Shown: positions 17,969 through 28,136, counted from the first letter of the stretch. The stretch: 64,000 nt of DNA from Patescibacteria group bacterium (GCA_035291665.1 DATDRP010000003.1:20549-84548), one strand, 5' to 3'. Made by a program: numbers and translations. The notes: a model not told the origin generated them from the letters alone.

Positions 17969-18703
17969 TTAGTGATTCACGCCTAAAACTATTCTTGCAT
18001 CGATATTCTCCAAGTCATCCGTTTCATAATCGTTTATTTTTAATAATTTTTTCGTATCACTTATGACAACATCCAGTTGATCTTCTTTATCTTTCGATAT
18101 AACCAATAAGTTCTCATCATTTCTTGTTGTATTCCCCGTTTCCACGTTCGTATATCCCAACTCTTCGAAATCGCTTGCAATGCTGCCGGCCAAACCGGAG
18201 GTCCCTGATCCGTTCAGAATTTCCAGACGAACTTCAGATCTTTCCAGATCTGTGTTTGCGGGTGACTGGTCAACGGTTGAATCGGATTCAGCAACAATTT
18301 CAACTGCTTTCGTTTCGATTGTATCTGCCTGCTCACCCATATCAACATCAACTTTACTACCTTCTTCAGACGGATTTATCTTTGTTCGTGAGAATAATGC
18401 TAACGATGTTGCCGAAATAATAATAATCATACTAATTAAAGAAAGAATAAATATTTTTTTATTACTTTTTTCCAAAGGAATTTCTTCCTCTACGTCCGAA
18501 TATCTCATTTCATCAGCAGTTGAGACAAAACCCGGTAATTCCTGATTTTGCGGTGAAGGTTTATCTGATGCGAGATGCCTGGACGCGGATTTTGTTACAC
18601 CGGACTCATTTTCTTCCTTGACGGTCATCGATTCGGGAACATATGAACCGGATTTTGTTTTAATAAATTTCTTCTTGGCCATAAAACTTGCTTCAAAACT
18701 CAC
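17969..18703 (-). CDS. LytR_C (LytR/CpsA/Psr C-terminal) domain membrane protein
   Basis: Single TM (IFILSLISMIIIISATSLALF). C-terminal 'VRLEILNGSGTSGLAGSIASDFEELGYTNVETGN...NLLVISKD' matches the LytR_C pattern (VxVLNGSGxxGLAxxxaxxLxxxGFxV). Confidence 0.55.
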   Translation of the reverse strand: MSFEASFMAKKKFIKTKSGSYVPESMTVKEENESGVTKSASRHLASDKPSPQNQELPGFVSTADEMRYSDVEEEIPLEKSNKKIFILSLISMIIIISATSLALFSRTKINPSEEGSKVDVDMGEQADTIETKAVEIVAESDSTVDQSPANTDLERSEVRLEILNGSGTSGLAGSIASDFEELGYTNVETGNTTRNDENLLVISKDKEDQLDVVISDTKKLLKINDYETDDLENIDARIVLGVNH

Positions 18704-18947
18704 CTTCCAGGCTCGTTTTGATGCCTTTCGGCAAGATTATATGAAGTATTTTGAAATCACTTCATAGTCACACAACCACTCTTGTATTACCCATTATGAC
18801 AAATGTAATATGTATGTACAAACCCAATCTCAGTTATCAGTTTTCGGTAGTTTGTTGTCGGATGTCAGTAAGTCAGTTAAATTGTAAATAGAATACCGAC
18901 AAATTGTATTTTGAAAACAAAAAAACCGATACCCGAAAACCGAACAT

Positions 18948-20579
18948 ATGCTGCAAATTCAATTTTTACTTATTAACGCTCACTTTACGATAAACCTTTT
19001 GGTCGCATTGGTTTGCTTTGCTGTCGCATGGCTTTATTTTGACGCTTGGCTCGGCCGTAAGGATATCAGGGAAGGAACAAAAATGCTCGGATTTTTATTT
19101 CTATCTCTGTCATTCATAGTACACTCAACCTATATTGAACAGACTCTCCTGGAAACTTCTCTAATCGGCGTAAAAACCATAGAAATCTTAACCGTAGTTT
19201 TCAGAACATTGGGTTATCTGGTTCTTATAAGCGGTCAAATAATCGATCCTTTGCAGCCGCTTCCGACTTATCGGTCGCAAAGCAAGGAGAAAGGATTCGG
19301 TATAAAAAATCCAAAAGCCCACGCACTTTTGATACTGGGTTCAATCCCCTTACTCGACAGTGTCAATTTTCTTTTTCCTGTGTTGGCAATCATTACGGCG
19401 TTTTTGTATATCAGGCGGGCTACCTTGGGTCTTGAATTTCACCTTCGCACCATCGGTTACAGCTTAACAATACTTTCCATAAGTGAGCTTTTTCATCTGG
19501 CAAGCCTTTTCAGAAGTACGGATAACATTAATATCATTAAATTGGTGGGACCTTTCGGGCCACTCTGGATAATAGAACATGCCCTCTTAATATTTTTTAT
19601 GGTTATTTTAGGGCGCTGGGTGTGGAGTTATTTGGCAAAAAGACTCGAAACGCAAATGTTTATGATATTCACTTCCGTTACTCTTGTAGTTTTTTTAACT
19701 ACCGCGGTATTTTTTACATCCGTCTCGATAAAAAACTTTCGCGATGACATTTTGTCCAATCTGAAAATAAATGTTAAAGTCCTGCAATATACACTGGAAA
19801 GTAAAAAGGCGGAAACGCTTTCCGATTCTCAAGTCATAGCCCAAAATCGGGAAATCATATCGGCTGTATCAGAAAAGGACAGAAAAAAACTGGCTGACTT
19901 GACCATTGAAATGCTTTTGACAAAAAAACAGGATTATTTGGTTGTTACTGATGAAAATGGTGCGATCCTTATTCGGGCTGACGATCCTGAAAAGGCCGGA
20001 GGGTCTTTATCCGACGATCCTTTGGTAAAACGCGCTTTAACCGGCGAACCGACAGCGGGTTTGATTACAAAAGAAGGCGTACTGGCACCAACCGTATCCG
20101 TGCGGGCTTCGTCCCCGGTTAAAAACGGTACTGATACAATCGGAACTGTTACTATCGGAACAACCGTTGATAACGCATACGTAGACGGTTTGAAAGACGC
20201 TACAGGGCTTGATGCAAGCATTTATGCTGATAATGTAAGGTCAGCAACAACATTCATTGCATCTGACGGCAAAAGCCGCTGGGTTGGTATTAAAGAAGAG
20301 ACTGAAGAAGTCAAAAAAACCGTGCTTGGAGACGGAAATGATTATCAGGGGTCAGTAAATATTCTTAATATCCCATATCTTGTTTCTTTCTCTGCAATAA
20401 AAAGTGTCGACCAGAATTCCATTGGGATGCTTTTCGTCGGTCGTCCTGAGGTTTCTACACTTGAAGCGGCAGCTAAGCTAATTGAACAGACATTCTTAGT
20501 GACTGTAATACTTCTTATTGTCTCCACAATCCCCGCTTATTTTATTTCAAAATATATAATTGACCAAATCAAGACTTAA
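18948..20579 (+). CDS. Polytopic membrane sensor with extracytoplasmic Cache-like domain and no transmitter (kinase) domain
   Basis: About 8 N-terminal TM helices, then a ~270-aa predicted extracytoplasmic region flanked by a final TM helix (FLVTVILLIVSTIPAYFISKYII). The ORF ends 6 aa after that helix, so no HisKA/HATPase is present. Confidence 0.45.
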   Translation: MLQIQFLLINAHFTINLLVALVCFAVAWLYFDAWLGRKDIREGTKMLGFLFLSLSFIVHSTYIEQTLLETSLIGVKTIEILTVVFRTLGYLVLISGQIIDPLQPLPTYRSQSKEKGFGIKNPKAHALLILGSIPLLDSVNFLFPVLAIITAFLYIRRATLGLEFHLRTIGYSLTILSISELFHLASLFRSTDNINIIKLVGPFGPLWIIEHALLIFFMVILGRWVWSYLAKRLETQMFMIFTSVTLVVFLTTAVFFTSVSIKNFRDDILSNLKINVKVLQYTLESKKAETLSDSQVIAQNREIISAVSEKDRKKLADLTIEMLLTKKQDYLVVTDENGAILIRADDPEKAGGSLSDDPLVKRALTGEPTAGLITKEGVLAPTVSVRASSPVKNGTDTIGTVTIGTTVDNAYVDGLKDATGLDASIYADNVRSATTFIASDGKSRWVGIKEETEEVKKTVLGDGNDYQGSVNILNIPYLVSFSAIKSVDQNSIGMLFVGRPEVSTLEAAAKLIEQTFLVTVILLIVSTIPAYFISKYIIDQIKT

Positions 20580-20611
20580 ACCACGAATTGGCTACAAATT
20601 TTTATAACAGA

Positions 20612-20720
20612 TTTCAAGAAAACCACCGAGTCGGACTCGGTGGATGAATTGAATTCTGATATGTCATCCTCCGTTAAAGGAAACCCCCGAGTCGGACTCG
20701 GGGGAGGATGTCATGATATT
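20612..20720 (-). ncRNA. Candidate structured small RNA / RNA element, copy 1 (minus strand), ending in an intrinsic terminator
   Basis: Outer stem ATGACATCCTCC...GGAGGATGTCAT (20661-20672 / 20704-20715) encloses the hairpin CCCCCGAGTC-G-GACTCGGGGG. The 3' hairpin CCACCGAGTC-C-GACTCGGTGG (20623-20643) is followed on the minus strand by TTTTCTTGAA. Second copy at 58480-58598 has compensatory stem changes. Confidence 0.5.
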
Positions 20721-20791
20721 AAACTACAAATGCAGATATCGACTAAAGTGGATATTCATTAAGAGCTTGTACTATAATCATTTGTATACAT

Positions 20792-21199
20792 ATGCCTAAA
20801 GTACTTCTAATTGAAGATGATCCATTGGTTGTAAGGATGTATCAGAAGATACTCACTTTTGAGGGTTTCCAAGTAGAAAGCGCGCCCGATGGAAGAGAGG
20901 GTGTCATGAAAGCAAAAGAAGTGAAACCCGATCTTATTTTTTGCGATGTGATGATGCCCAAAATGAACGGCATTGAAGTCTTGGAGCTACTCAAATCAGA
21001 TGCCGAGACAAAAGAAATTCCAGTTATAATGCTTACCAATTTATCCGGAACTCACGATGCAGAATTGGCGCTTCAGAAAGGTGCGTTTGCCTATATGGTA
21101 AAAAGCGAATACCGTCCGAAAGAAGTTGCGGCCAAAGCAAAAGAACTTATTGCGGGTTTAAAACTTACTCCGAGTGCACCCCAGGTATCGGGAGAATAA
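20792..21199 (+). CDS. Stand-alone response-regulator receiver (CheY-like REC) protein
   Basis: 135 aa. 'KVLLIEDDPLV...DLIFCDVMMPKMNGIEVL...IPVIMLTNLSG...AFAYMVKS' has the phospho-acceptor Asp and conserved Lys. No output domain. Confidence 0.8.
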   Translation: MPKVLLIEDDPLVVRMYQKILTFEGFQVESAPDGREGVMKAKEVKPDLIFCDVMMPKMNGIEVLELLKSDAETKEIPVIMLTNLSGTHDAELALQKGAFAYMVKSEYRPKEVAAKAKELIAGLKLTPSAPQVSGE

Positions 21200-21379
21200 A
21201 ACACTGTAACCAAGCAACCGAATTTCCAATTACGTAATTGATCTAATTACTAAATAATTACCAATAACCAAGCATCAAATTACAAATAATAATTAATTTA
21301 CAAATATTAATCAGGTATTAATTGTTAATTTTCTCAATACAGATAGTTTTTTTATTGAAATTTAGTGATTGTAAATTTG

Positions 21380-21583
21380 TTTGGAAATTGGAATTTGGTA
21401 ATTGGATATTTAGGTATTAGGTTGTAGGAAATGGGAAATGAGTAGTGACTAGTGGGAAGTGGGAAATGGAGATAAGCAAGTAGGTTGTAGGAAATTAGTA
21501 GCAATTCGTAGCTAATTGGAAGTATTTCGTGAACTTAATATCTTAATATCGAAGCACATAATATCTAACTGATTCGTGTTTAA
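21380..21583. repeat. Composite repeat island B (TAATTG/GGAAATTGG module, GT-rich module, AATTCGTA array, 33-nt 3' motif)
   Basis: 'ggaaattggaatttggtaattggatat' is shared with 14255-14285. 'ggttgtaggaaatgggaaatgagtagtgactagtgggaagtgggaaatgg'. 'cttaatatcttaatatcgaagcacataatatct' at 21534-21566. Confidence 0.7.
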
Positions 21584-21991
21584 CTAATTCTTCGTCGCTG
21601 CTTTGGGTATTTCCTCGCGCGTATAACCGGCAAGTATTTCTTTGATTTGGGCTACGATTTCCTTCGGTTTGTTTTGTGATTTCACAATATATTTAACAGC
21701 TCCCAAATCAAGTGCTGTGTCAACATCTTTATCCCCCGAGAGGTTGGTAAGAACAACTACAGGTATATTTTTGAGGTCGGGGTTGTTTTTGATTATTCGA
21801 AGGACATCAATACCGCTCATTTTTGGCATCATGATATCAAGAAGTATCATTATTGGTTTGAAACTCTTCAACTTTTCAATTCCTTCTTCACCGTTTCTGG
21901 CCATCTCAACATCAAACCCTTCAAACTGGAAAACAGTCTGATACATTCGGGATACAAGGGGGTCGTCTTCAACAATTAAAACTTTAGACAT
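21584..21991 (-). CDS. Stand-alone response-regulator receiver (REC) protein
   Basis: 135 aa. 'KVLIVEDDPLV...ILLDIMMPKMSGIDVL...IPVVVLTNLSGDKD...KYIVKS'. Confidence 0.8.
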   Translation of the reverse strand: MSKVLIVEDDPLVSRMYQTVFQFEGFDVEMARNGEEGIEKLKSFKPIMILLDIMMPKMSGIDVLRIIKNNPDLKNIPVVVLTNLSGDKDVDTALDLGAVKYIVKSQNKPKEIVAQIKEILAGYTREEIPKAATKN

Positions 21992-22100
21992 GGTTCACTA
22001 ATTTTATACTAATTTTCACTAATTATATTCCATAAAAAACTCGTGATCAATCAATTCGCGTTTTTAATTCGCAATCAATTCGCGATTTAATAATTCGTAG

Positions 22101-24251
22101 CTAATTCGCAGCTCTAGCCAGAGGCAGACTCACCTTAAAAACCGATCCTTTGCCTTCAACCGACTCAAAACCAATTTCCCCTTTCATCTTCTCCACCAAC
22201 ATTTTTGTTATAAAAAGTCCCAAACCGGTTCCTTCAACATCTTCCGTACCTTCGGTTTTTGCCCGAAAGAATTTGCTAAAAACTTTTTTGTGGTCTTTTA
22301 GCGGTATTCCGTATCCCGTATCGGAAATTTCCAAAATAACGTGTTTCCCGGAAACGGCACTCTTTACAACAACCCTTCCTGCTGGTTTATTATATTTAAT
22401 CGCGTTAGAGAGAAGATTTTCCAAAACATCCCTGAGCTTTTGCTCATCTGCTTCGACAATAGCGGATGCAATTTCATAATCCTCATCCAAGATCACTCTT
22501 TTTTCCTGGGCAATTGAGGCAACCTGTGAGACCACGCTTTTTACTGTTGCCATAAAATCCACCTTTGTAAGTTCAAGTTCTATTGTGCCTGATTCAGTTC
22601 TTGCTATTTCCAAAAGATCATCCACAAGATGGTTTAACCTCTGATTGGCTTTCTCGATGGCATCAAAATTCTCCAATGTATCTTTGTCCATCTTTATTTT
22701 CTCGTCTTTTATAAGACTGACAAAACCATTAATTACCGTAACCGGTGTCCGCAGTTCGTGAGTTGCGATAAAGACAAACTCGTCTCTGAGTCGTATAACT
22801 TCCTGTGCTTTTTCGAGTTCGCGCTTTTGCATTTTGCGTAATTCCAGAGTTCGTTCTTCAACTTTTTGCTCAAGTGTGTGGGAAAACTCCTGTATCTTTT
22901 TAAAAGCTTGAGCGTTGGAAAGAGCGACTGCCAACTCAGTTGAAAGAATTTCCAATACTCCCAAATCCTTATCAAAATAAATATCACCGGATTCTTTTTC
23001 TCCCAGAAGTAAATATCCGACAGTTCTTTCGTGAGTAGAGAGTGGCACAAATACCGACACAACGTACTTTCGCATAATTTTTTTAAGTCTCCCTTCCTCC
23101 ATTTCTTCGAAAATTTGCGACCTGCCGCTGGCTGCAAGGTCTTTAAGCTCCGGAAAAGTCGGAAATGAATAATTTGTACTTCTATCACCAAAGACGTCTT
23201 CGATCTTTCGTGCTCCCAGAACGAATATAGCAGCTTTTGAAAAACGCAAGTTTTCCTTGAGAACTGAAAACATGCTTGCGGTCAGATCCTCAAGATCCAA
23301 AGTTGAAGCTAATATCCGGGAAATTTTTTTTAACAACTCATTGGAATGAAAATGTCCTTTGTAAAAAATATTATCTGTTAGGTCTTCGAAAAGCCTCAAA
23401 AGCGGTTGGAAAGAGTATGCGATTATTAAAGCTAATATTGTTGAAGATACAATATTGGAAGTTGACGTTCTTACATTCGTAATATAAGAAGTAATCAGAA
23501 AAAATCCTCCAGCGTAAAGTAAACCCAATGTAATTGCGAGCAATATATATGTTATAGACCGGGCAACTACCAAGCGAATATCCATAAGTCTATGTTTTAG
23601 TATTGCGTACGTAATAATCAAAGCCATTGCGACATTAACAAAAGGTCCGATATAAATAAGTCTGTAATTACCCAATTGAGGCAGGATTACATTCGGTACA
23701 ATGCCAATAACCATAGGGAGCATGCTTGCAAGTAATACATATCTAATTTGGGATCGAATATTACCTTTTAATCTCATCATACCTCTAATAAGAATTACCA
23801 AAGCTGTGTTATAAATAATCCCCAGGTAAATAGCCCAAATAATATAAACCGGACCTAGAATTACAGAATTACCTTGGTCGTCAAGAATAATCCGTTCAAT
23901 CCAGAGATTGGTATTAAAAAGTGGTATAAAAAAAATAAAAGGGACTGTTACCAGCAATATTGTCCAAATTTTTTCAGGAAATTTGCCGTTAACCAAGGTA
24001 TAGGAGAAATAAAAAATCGCAGAAGGAACTATGCTTCCGGAAACATAAATCATCCTACTCCAAAATAAAGCAGGCTCTTGAGTCTTAGATAATCTGAAAA
24101 ATGCAATTGCAAATGCCCAAACAATAACATTTAGGATAAAAACCGAAAATGATAGATTTAATGGATTTTTGGGATTCTTAACAAGAACTACTAAAAAAAC
24201 TGGTATTGATAAAATTCCAGACAATATGAGCGCCAAATCTATGATATTCAT
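22101..24251 (-). CDS. Sensor histidine kinase with N-terminal multi-TM sensor region
   Basis: N-terminal half has ~8-10 TM helices. H-box 'FVFIATHELRTPVTVINGF'. HATPase_c motifs 'ISDTGYGIP...GTGLGLFITKMLVEKMKGEIGFES'. Confidence 0.8.
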   Translation of the reverse strand: MNIIDLALILSGILSIPVFLVVLVKNPKNPLNLSFSVFILNVIVWAFAIAFFRLSKTQEPALFWSRMIYVSGSIVPSAIFYFSYTLVNGKFPEKIWTILLVTVPFIFFIPLFNTNLWIERIILDDQGNSVILGPVYIIWAIYLGIIYNTALVILIRGMMRLKGNIRSQIRYVLLASMLPMVIGIVPNVILPQLGNYRLIYIGPFVNVAMALIITYAILKHRLMDIRLVVARSITYILLAITLGLLYAGGFFLITSYITNVRTSTSNIVSSTILALIIAYSFQPLLRLFEDLTDNIFYKGHFHSNELLKKISRILASTLDLEDLTASMFSVLKENLRFSKAAIFVLGARKIEDVFGDRSTNYSFPTFPELKDLAASGRSQIFEEMEEGRLKKIMRKYVVSVFVPLSTHERTVGYLLLGEKESGDIYFDKDLGVLEILSTELAVALSNAQAFKKIQEFSHTLEQKVEERTLELRKMQKRELEKAQEVIRLRDEFVFIATHELRTPVTVINGFVSLIKDEKIKMDKDTLENFDAIEKANQRLNHLVDDLLEIARTESGTIELELTKVDFMATVKSVVSQVASIAQEKRVILDEDYEIASAIVEADEQKLRDVLENLLSNAIKYNKPAGRVVVKSAVSGKHVILEISDTGYGIPLKDHKKVFSKFFRAKTEGTEDVEGTGLGLFITKMLVEKMKGEIGFESVEGKGSVFKVSLPLARAAN

Positions 24252-24260
24252 CTGAAGTAA

Positions 24261-25187
24261 CTATTTGGGAACAATTAAAAATCCGGCTGTTCTACCGGTG
24301 CCCTTGCCAAAAACTATCTTTTCCTGGACATTCCCTACTTGGCTAAGATAATAATTCATTTCCTCGGGAGTTCTCAACGGGGCGTATTTCTTCAAAATTG
24401 CAGAAAAGCTACGCATAAAATCTCTGCCCTCCGAATTCGTTTGCGCCATGGCTATTACTCCAGCTAGTCTTTCCTGTTCCTCCCGCGGTTTTTTCTTTCC
24501 TATTTCAAGCATCTCATCGAGCATCTCATCAGGGTCAAAATGTTTAGGATCCAAGCTTGTTACAAAAAACTTGTCGCCACCAATTCTGAAAAAGTTATCC
24601 ACTACTCCTACCATTGTATCTGCAGGAAAATAAGATGCAGAAAAAACCGATACTCCTAACCATTTCCCGGAATCTTTTACAGGAAGGTGATCTGGCATAC
24701 CTCTCGAATAATCATGCAATAAAAACTGAGCCTCTGAAAGCCTTTTTGAAGCAACCATGGAATCGAGTTTAGGTTGACTGGCATCTCTTGCGAGTTGCGA
24801 TGAATCTATTGCCAGGTAAGATACCGCGCCATTGGTTCTTTCGGCAATATGTGTGGCAAGCGGACAAAGTCCGGCTCCAAAATCAAATACCCTGTCACCC
24901 GGCATTGGAGAAATAGCTCTGACCACATCACGTCGAAATTCGGTTAAATTCTCAACTAAAGGTTCATAAATTTTCATTCGTCCTGGTATATGTTTTTGCC
25001 AAATACCAGCCATTTCTTGTCCATAAGACTTCATGAAAGATATTTTTGTATCAGTAGGCAGTAGATGAACAATTGTCATCATTTCGCCTGGAGTAAGGTC
25101 TTCACCAACTTTGTAGCGATTGTGGATCATTTGTACTGATCGAGGATCTATTAATGTTGGTTTATTAATGCCAGTTTCGGGCGTCAT
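24261..25187 (-). CDS. Putative class I SAM-dependent methyltransferase-like protein (co-oriented with the RR-HK genes)
   Basis: 308 aa. 'RVFDFGAGLCPLATHIAE' resembles methyltransferase motif I (hh-D-h-G-x-G-x-G). The rest is unassigned, so this is a weak call. Confidence 0.3.
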   Translation of the reverse strand: MTPETGINKPTLIDPRSVQMIHNRYKVGEDLTPGEMMTIVHLLPTDTKISFMKSYGQEMAGIWQKHIPGRMKIYEPLVENLTEFRRDVVRAISPMPGDRVFDFGAGLCPLATHIAERTNGAVSYLAIDSSQLARDASQPKLDSMVASKRLSEAQFLLHDYSRGMPDHLPVKDSGKWLGVSVFSASYFPADTMVGVVDNFFRIGGDKFFVTSLDPKHFDPDEMLDEMLEIGKKKPREEQERLAGVIAMAQTNSEGRDFMRSFSAILKKYAPLRTPEEMNYYLSQVGNVQEKIVFGKGTGRTAGFLIVPK

Positions 25188-25236
25188 ATTATTTACTATA
25201 TATGCTTATATTGATCATTGCATCATCTGATATTAT

Positions 25237-25614
25237 TTAAGTTTTTTTACTATTCAGTAGTTCCTCAATTTTCCGTCCTAATTCTTTTGGTTCGGCATCC
25301 TTTTTCACCCAATAATCAACGGCTCCTTTTTCCTTTGCCAACTCTGAATCATATTTACCTGATAAATTGGTAAGTATTACAACGGGAATATTTTTTGTAT
25401 CCGGATCTTCCTTAAGCTTCTCCAATACCTCCATCCCGTCGGGTTCGGGCATCATGATATCAAGAAGGATGAGATCGGGAAGTATTTTTTTAGCTTTATT
25501 CAAACCTTCAAGTCCGCCAATTGCTACTTCAGAATCAATATCACTGAAAGAGAGGGATTTCTGATACATCCTCGCAACCAGCGGTTCGTCTTCAACAATT
25601 AAAACCTTTGTCAT
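25237..25614 (-). CDS. Stand-alone response-regulator receiver (REC) protein
   Basis: 125 aa. 'KVLIVEDEPLV...LILLDIMMPEPDGMEVL...IPVVILTNLSG...DYWVKK'. Confidence 0.8.
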   Translation of the reverse strand: MTKVLIVEDEPLVARMYQKSLSFSDIDSEVAIGGLEGLNKAKKILPDLILLDIMMPEPDGMEVLEKLKEDPDTKNIPVVILTNLSGKYDSELAKEKGAVDYWVKKDAEPKELGRKIEELLNSKKT

Positions 25615-25840
25615 AGATATAAATAACTTTTAATTGAACAATTAATAAGGACCTTCATAAATTTTCCTCCCTATTAATTTTAGGAAAATTTCCAAAGAAC
25701 CTTGCATTTTTGCTTTGCAAAAGTGTTAATACTTTCGTCATGTTTCAGAATAACTATTAATTGTGACATTATTAAAGTCACATTAGGACGCTTCAATTAC
25801 TTTAATTTAAAATTAGCTTAAAGTTCAATAGGATGTTTTT

Positions 25841-26218
25841 TTACAGCGACGAAGGTTGGAGAATTTTATTTATCTTTTTACCCATCTCTTTCGGTTTAAT
25901 ATCTTTTTTAACCCAATAATCAATAGCGCCTTTTTCCTTTGCAAGATCCATATCATTTTCCCCGGACAAATTGGTAAGCATGACAATCGGGATATTTTGT
26001 ATTTCAGGATCTGTCTTAATTTTTTCGAGTGCTTCGATCCCATTCATTCCCGGCATCATAATATCCATCAAAACAATATCAGGCTTCCAATCACGCGTTT
26101 TGGCAACTCCATTTTCACCACCCATCGCAAGTTCTACTTCAAAGTTATCGAACGCCAATGCTTTCTCGTACATTCTTGCCACCAGCGGCTCATCTTCAAC
26201 TATTAAAACCCTTGTCAT
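25841..26218 (-). CDS. Stand-alone response-regulator receiver (REC) protein
   Basis: 125 aa. 'RVLIVEDEPLV...IVLMDIMMPGMNGIEAL...IPIVMLTNLSG...DYWVKK'. Confidence 0.8.
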   Translation of the reverse strand: MTRVLIVEDEPLVARMYEKALAFDNFEVELAMGGENGVAKTRDWKPDIVLMDIMMPGMNGIEALEKIKTDPEIQNIPIVMLTNLSGENDMDLAKEKGAIDYWVKKDIKPKEMGKKINKILQPSSL

Positions 26219-26354
26219 ATTGCTACAAATATACTACGTATTCAAAACTAATTAATCTACAAATTATTATAGTACATGTGTTTGAAAGATATCCACTCAA
26301 ATTATTCTTGTATTCGAAGCTTAATTTGAATAAAATTCGTAGCTAATTTGTAGC

Positions 26355-28136
26355 CTAACCTTTTGGTAAAACCAGTTCAAATTCCGAACCTTTATCGACT
26401 TTTGATTTAACAAGATAAACTTTCCCATTCATGGCATCCGCTAACATCCTCGATATATAAAGTCCAAGCCCAACTCCTTGGGTTGAATCGTGTTTATAAA
26501 AATCCTCCCCCACCTGTTGAAATTTCTTAAACAGCATTTTTTGATCTTTTTCACTCATACCTCTCCCCGTATCGGAAACATTAATTTTTACACTATCTTT
26601 TTCTTCCAGCACTTTAATCGTGATTCTACCATTGTCAGTGAATTTATTTGAATTACTGACAAGATTATAAATAACTTGATTTACTTTTGTCCGGTCTGCA
26701 TAAACCTTAATATCTTTATCCTCATGGTATTCAATTAAATTTCCTTTCTTTGTTGCCGGTGATGCGAGCTCTCCCAAGACGGCGTTTACTTCATCAGAGA
26801 CCGAAAAGCGTTCGGTTTTAAACTGCACTCTATTATGCTCAAGTGACGATACTTCCAGAAGTTCATCAACAATTGCAATAAGCCTCGCGGCTGAGGTGTC
26901 AATGTCCTGCACCATTTCAGCAAGGTCTTTCTCGGTAACTTTCGCCGGATATAAATTTTTAATAAGATCAACATTTCCTTTTATGGCTACCAGTGGAGTG
27001 CGAAGTTCGTGGGATGCCAGGGCAATAAATTCGTCTTTGCTTCTTTCCAATAGCCTTTCGTCGGTGACATCCTCAAGAAGGATTACTGTTCCGATTGTGT
27101 CAGTTCCCCGTTCGACATTCGCCGCAATTAAACTGAAGATGCGGTTGATATATGTCACATCTTTGGTATAAACCAATTCTTCACTCTTATCTAAACTTTT
27201 TTGAACTTTCTCGACATCGAAATTCTTCGTCAGAATCTGCTTTATGGTCGATAAGTTCTCGGTAGAAAATAATTTTTTAACTTTATTATTTATCCTGCTA
27301 ATGGCTCCGTCTTTGTCCAATAAGATATAACCAACCGGCATACTATCAATAGATGTGACAAGTGTCGCTTCTATTGACTTTCCATAGTCCTCAGCTAAAA
27401 CAAAGGCATTGTGGGTTGACAACAAAAGTCCGGTAAGCGCAAGTATATAGCTTACGAGTCTGATAAGAACTGACATATAAAACATTAAATCACCCGGATT
27501 TGCAGACGCAAGGTAAAAAGGTATTTGGGAAAGAAGTAGAGCAATAAGCGCGGTTATAAAAACCTGGTCAAAAAATTTCTTCTTCCAAGTTCCTTTTGTA
27601 AGATAACCAAATATTGTAACCAGAAGAAGTGCACTCGAAACGGCTATCGCTATCAGTGCGGGAATCTTTACAAATAAAAATGAAATTGTGAGAAAAATAG
27701 AAAAAAACATTGAAAGCAAAAATATCTGATTTTTCAATTTACCCTTGTGTCCGACATTTCGAATTGATTCATTAGTCCAAACAAGATAACTCAGAAAAAA
27801 TATAAGGGATAATAAAAGTGTTGCGGGGTCTGATACTTTCCCCGAAAGAAGAAGTGTTGGCTTAACCAAGTAGAAATAAAAATCCAAAACCGAAGCACCT
27901 AAAAAACCAAAACCGATGAATGCATACTTTGATTTGTTTCTTGTGTCAAATTTAATCAGAGATACTGCACATGCAACAATCGAAACAATTACAATAAAAG
28001 AGCCTATTATCGGGAAAAATGATACTCCCAGAGTGCCTTTGATACCTCGGGTCAAAAGATACAGCGAAACAAAATAAAAAATTGTAATTAGGTGAAAAAC
28101 CAGTCTGTTGAGGTGTTTTTGGGCAAGGTCTTTCAT
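26355..28136 (-). CDS. Sensor histidine kinase with N-terminal multi-TM region and cytoplasmic PAS-like segment
   Basis: H-box 'FIALASHELRTPLVAIKGN'. HATPase_c 'VSDTGRGMSEKDQKMLFKKFQQVG...GVGLGLYISRMLADAMNGKVYLVKS'. N-terminal 260 aa hydrophobic. Confidence 0.8.
   Translation of the reverse strand: MKDLAQKHLNRLVFHLITIFYFVSLYLLTRGIKGTLGVSFFPIIGSFIVIVSIVACAVSLIKFDTRNKSKYAFIGFGFLGASVLDFYFYLVKPTLLLSGKVSDPATLLLSLIFFLSYLVWTNESIRNVGHKGKLKNQIFLLSMFFSIFLTISFLFVKIPALIAIAVSSALLLVTIFGYLTKGTWKKKFFDQVFITALIALLLSQIPFYLASANPGDLMFYMSVLIRLVSYILALTGLLLSTHNAFVLAEDYGKSIEATLVTSIDSMPVGYILLDKDGAISRINNKVKKLFSTENLSTIKQILTKNFDVEKVQKSLDKSEELVYTKDVTYINRIFSLIAANVERGTDTIGTVILLEDVTDERLLERSKDEFIALASHELRTPLVAIKGNVDLIKNLYPAKVTEKDLAEMVQDIDTSAARLIAIVDELLEVSSLEHNRVQFKTERFSVSDEVNAVLGELASPATKKGNLIEYHEDKDIKVYADRTKVNQVIYNLVSNSNKFTDNGRITIKVLEEKDSVKINVSDTGRGMSEKDQKMLFKKFQQVGEDFYKHDSTQGVGLGLYISRMLADAMNGKVYLVKSKVDKGSEFELVLPKG

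Noticed and set aside
20623-20708. The two GC-rich palindromes at 20623-20643 and 20686-20706, read as plus-strand terminators for gene 18948..20579.
   Set aside because: On the plus strand neither is followed by a T-tract. On the minus strand the first is followed by TTTTCTTGAA and the pair matches the second locus in reverse orientation. They are therefore assigned to a minus-strand RNA element.
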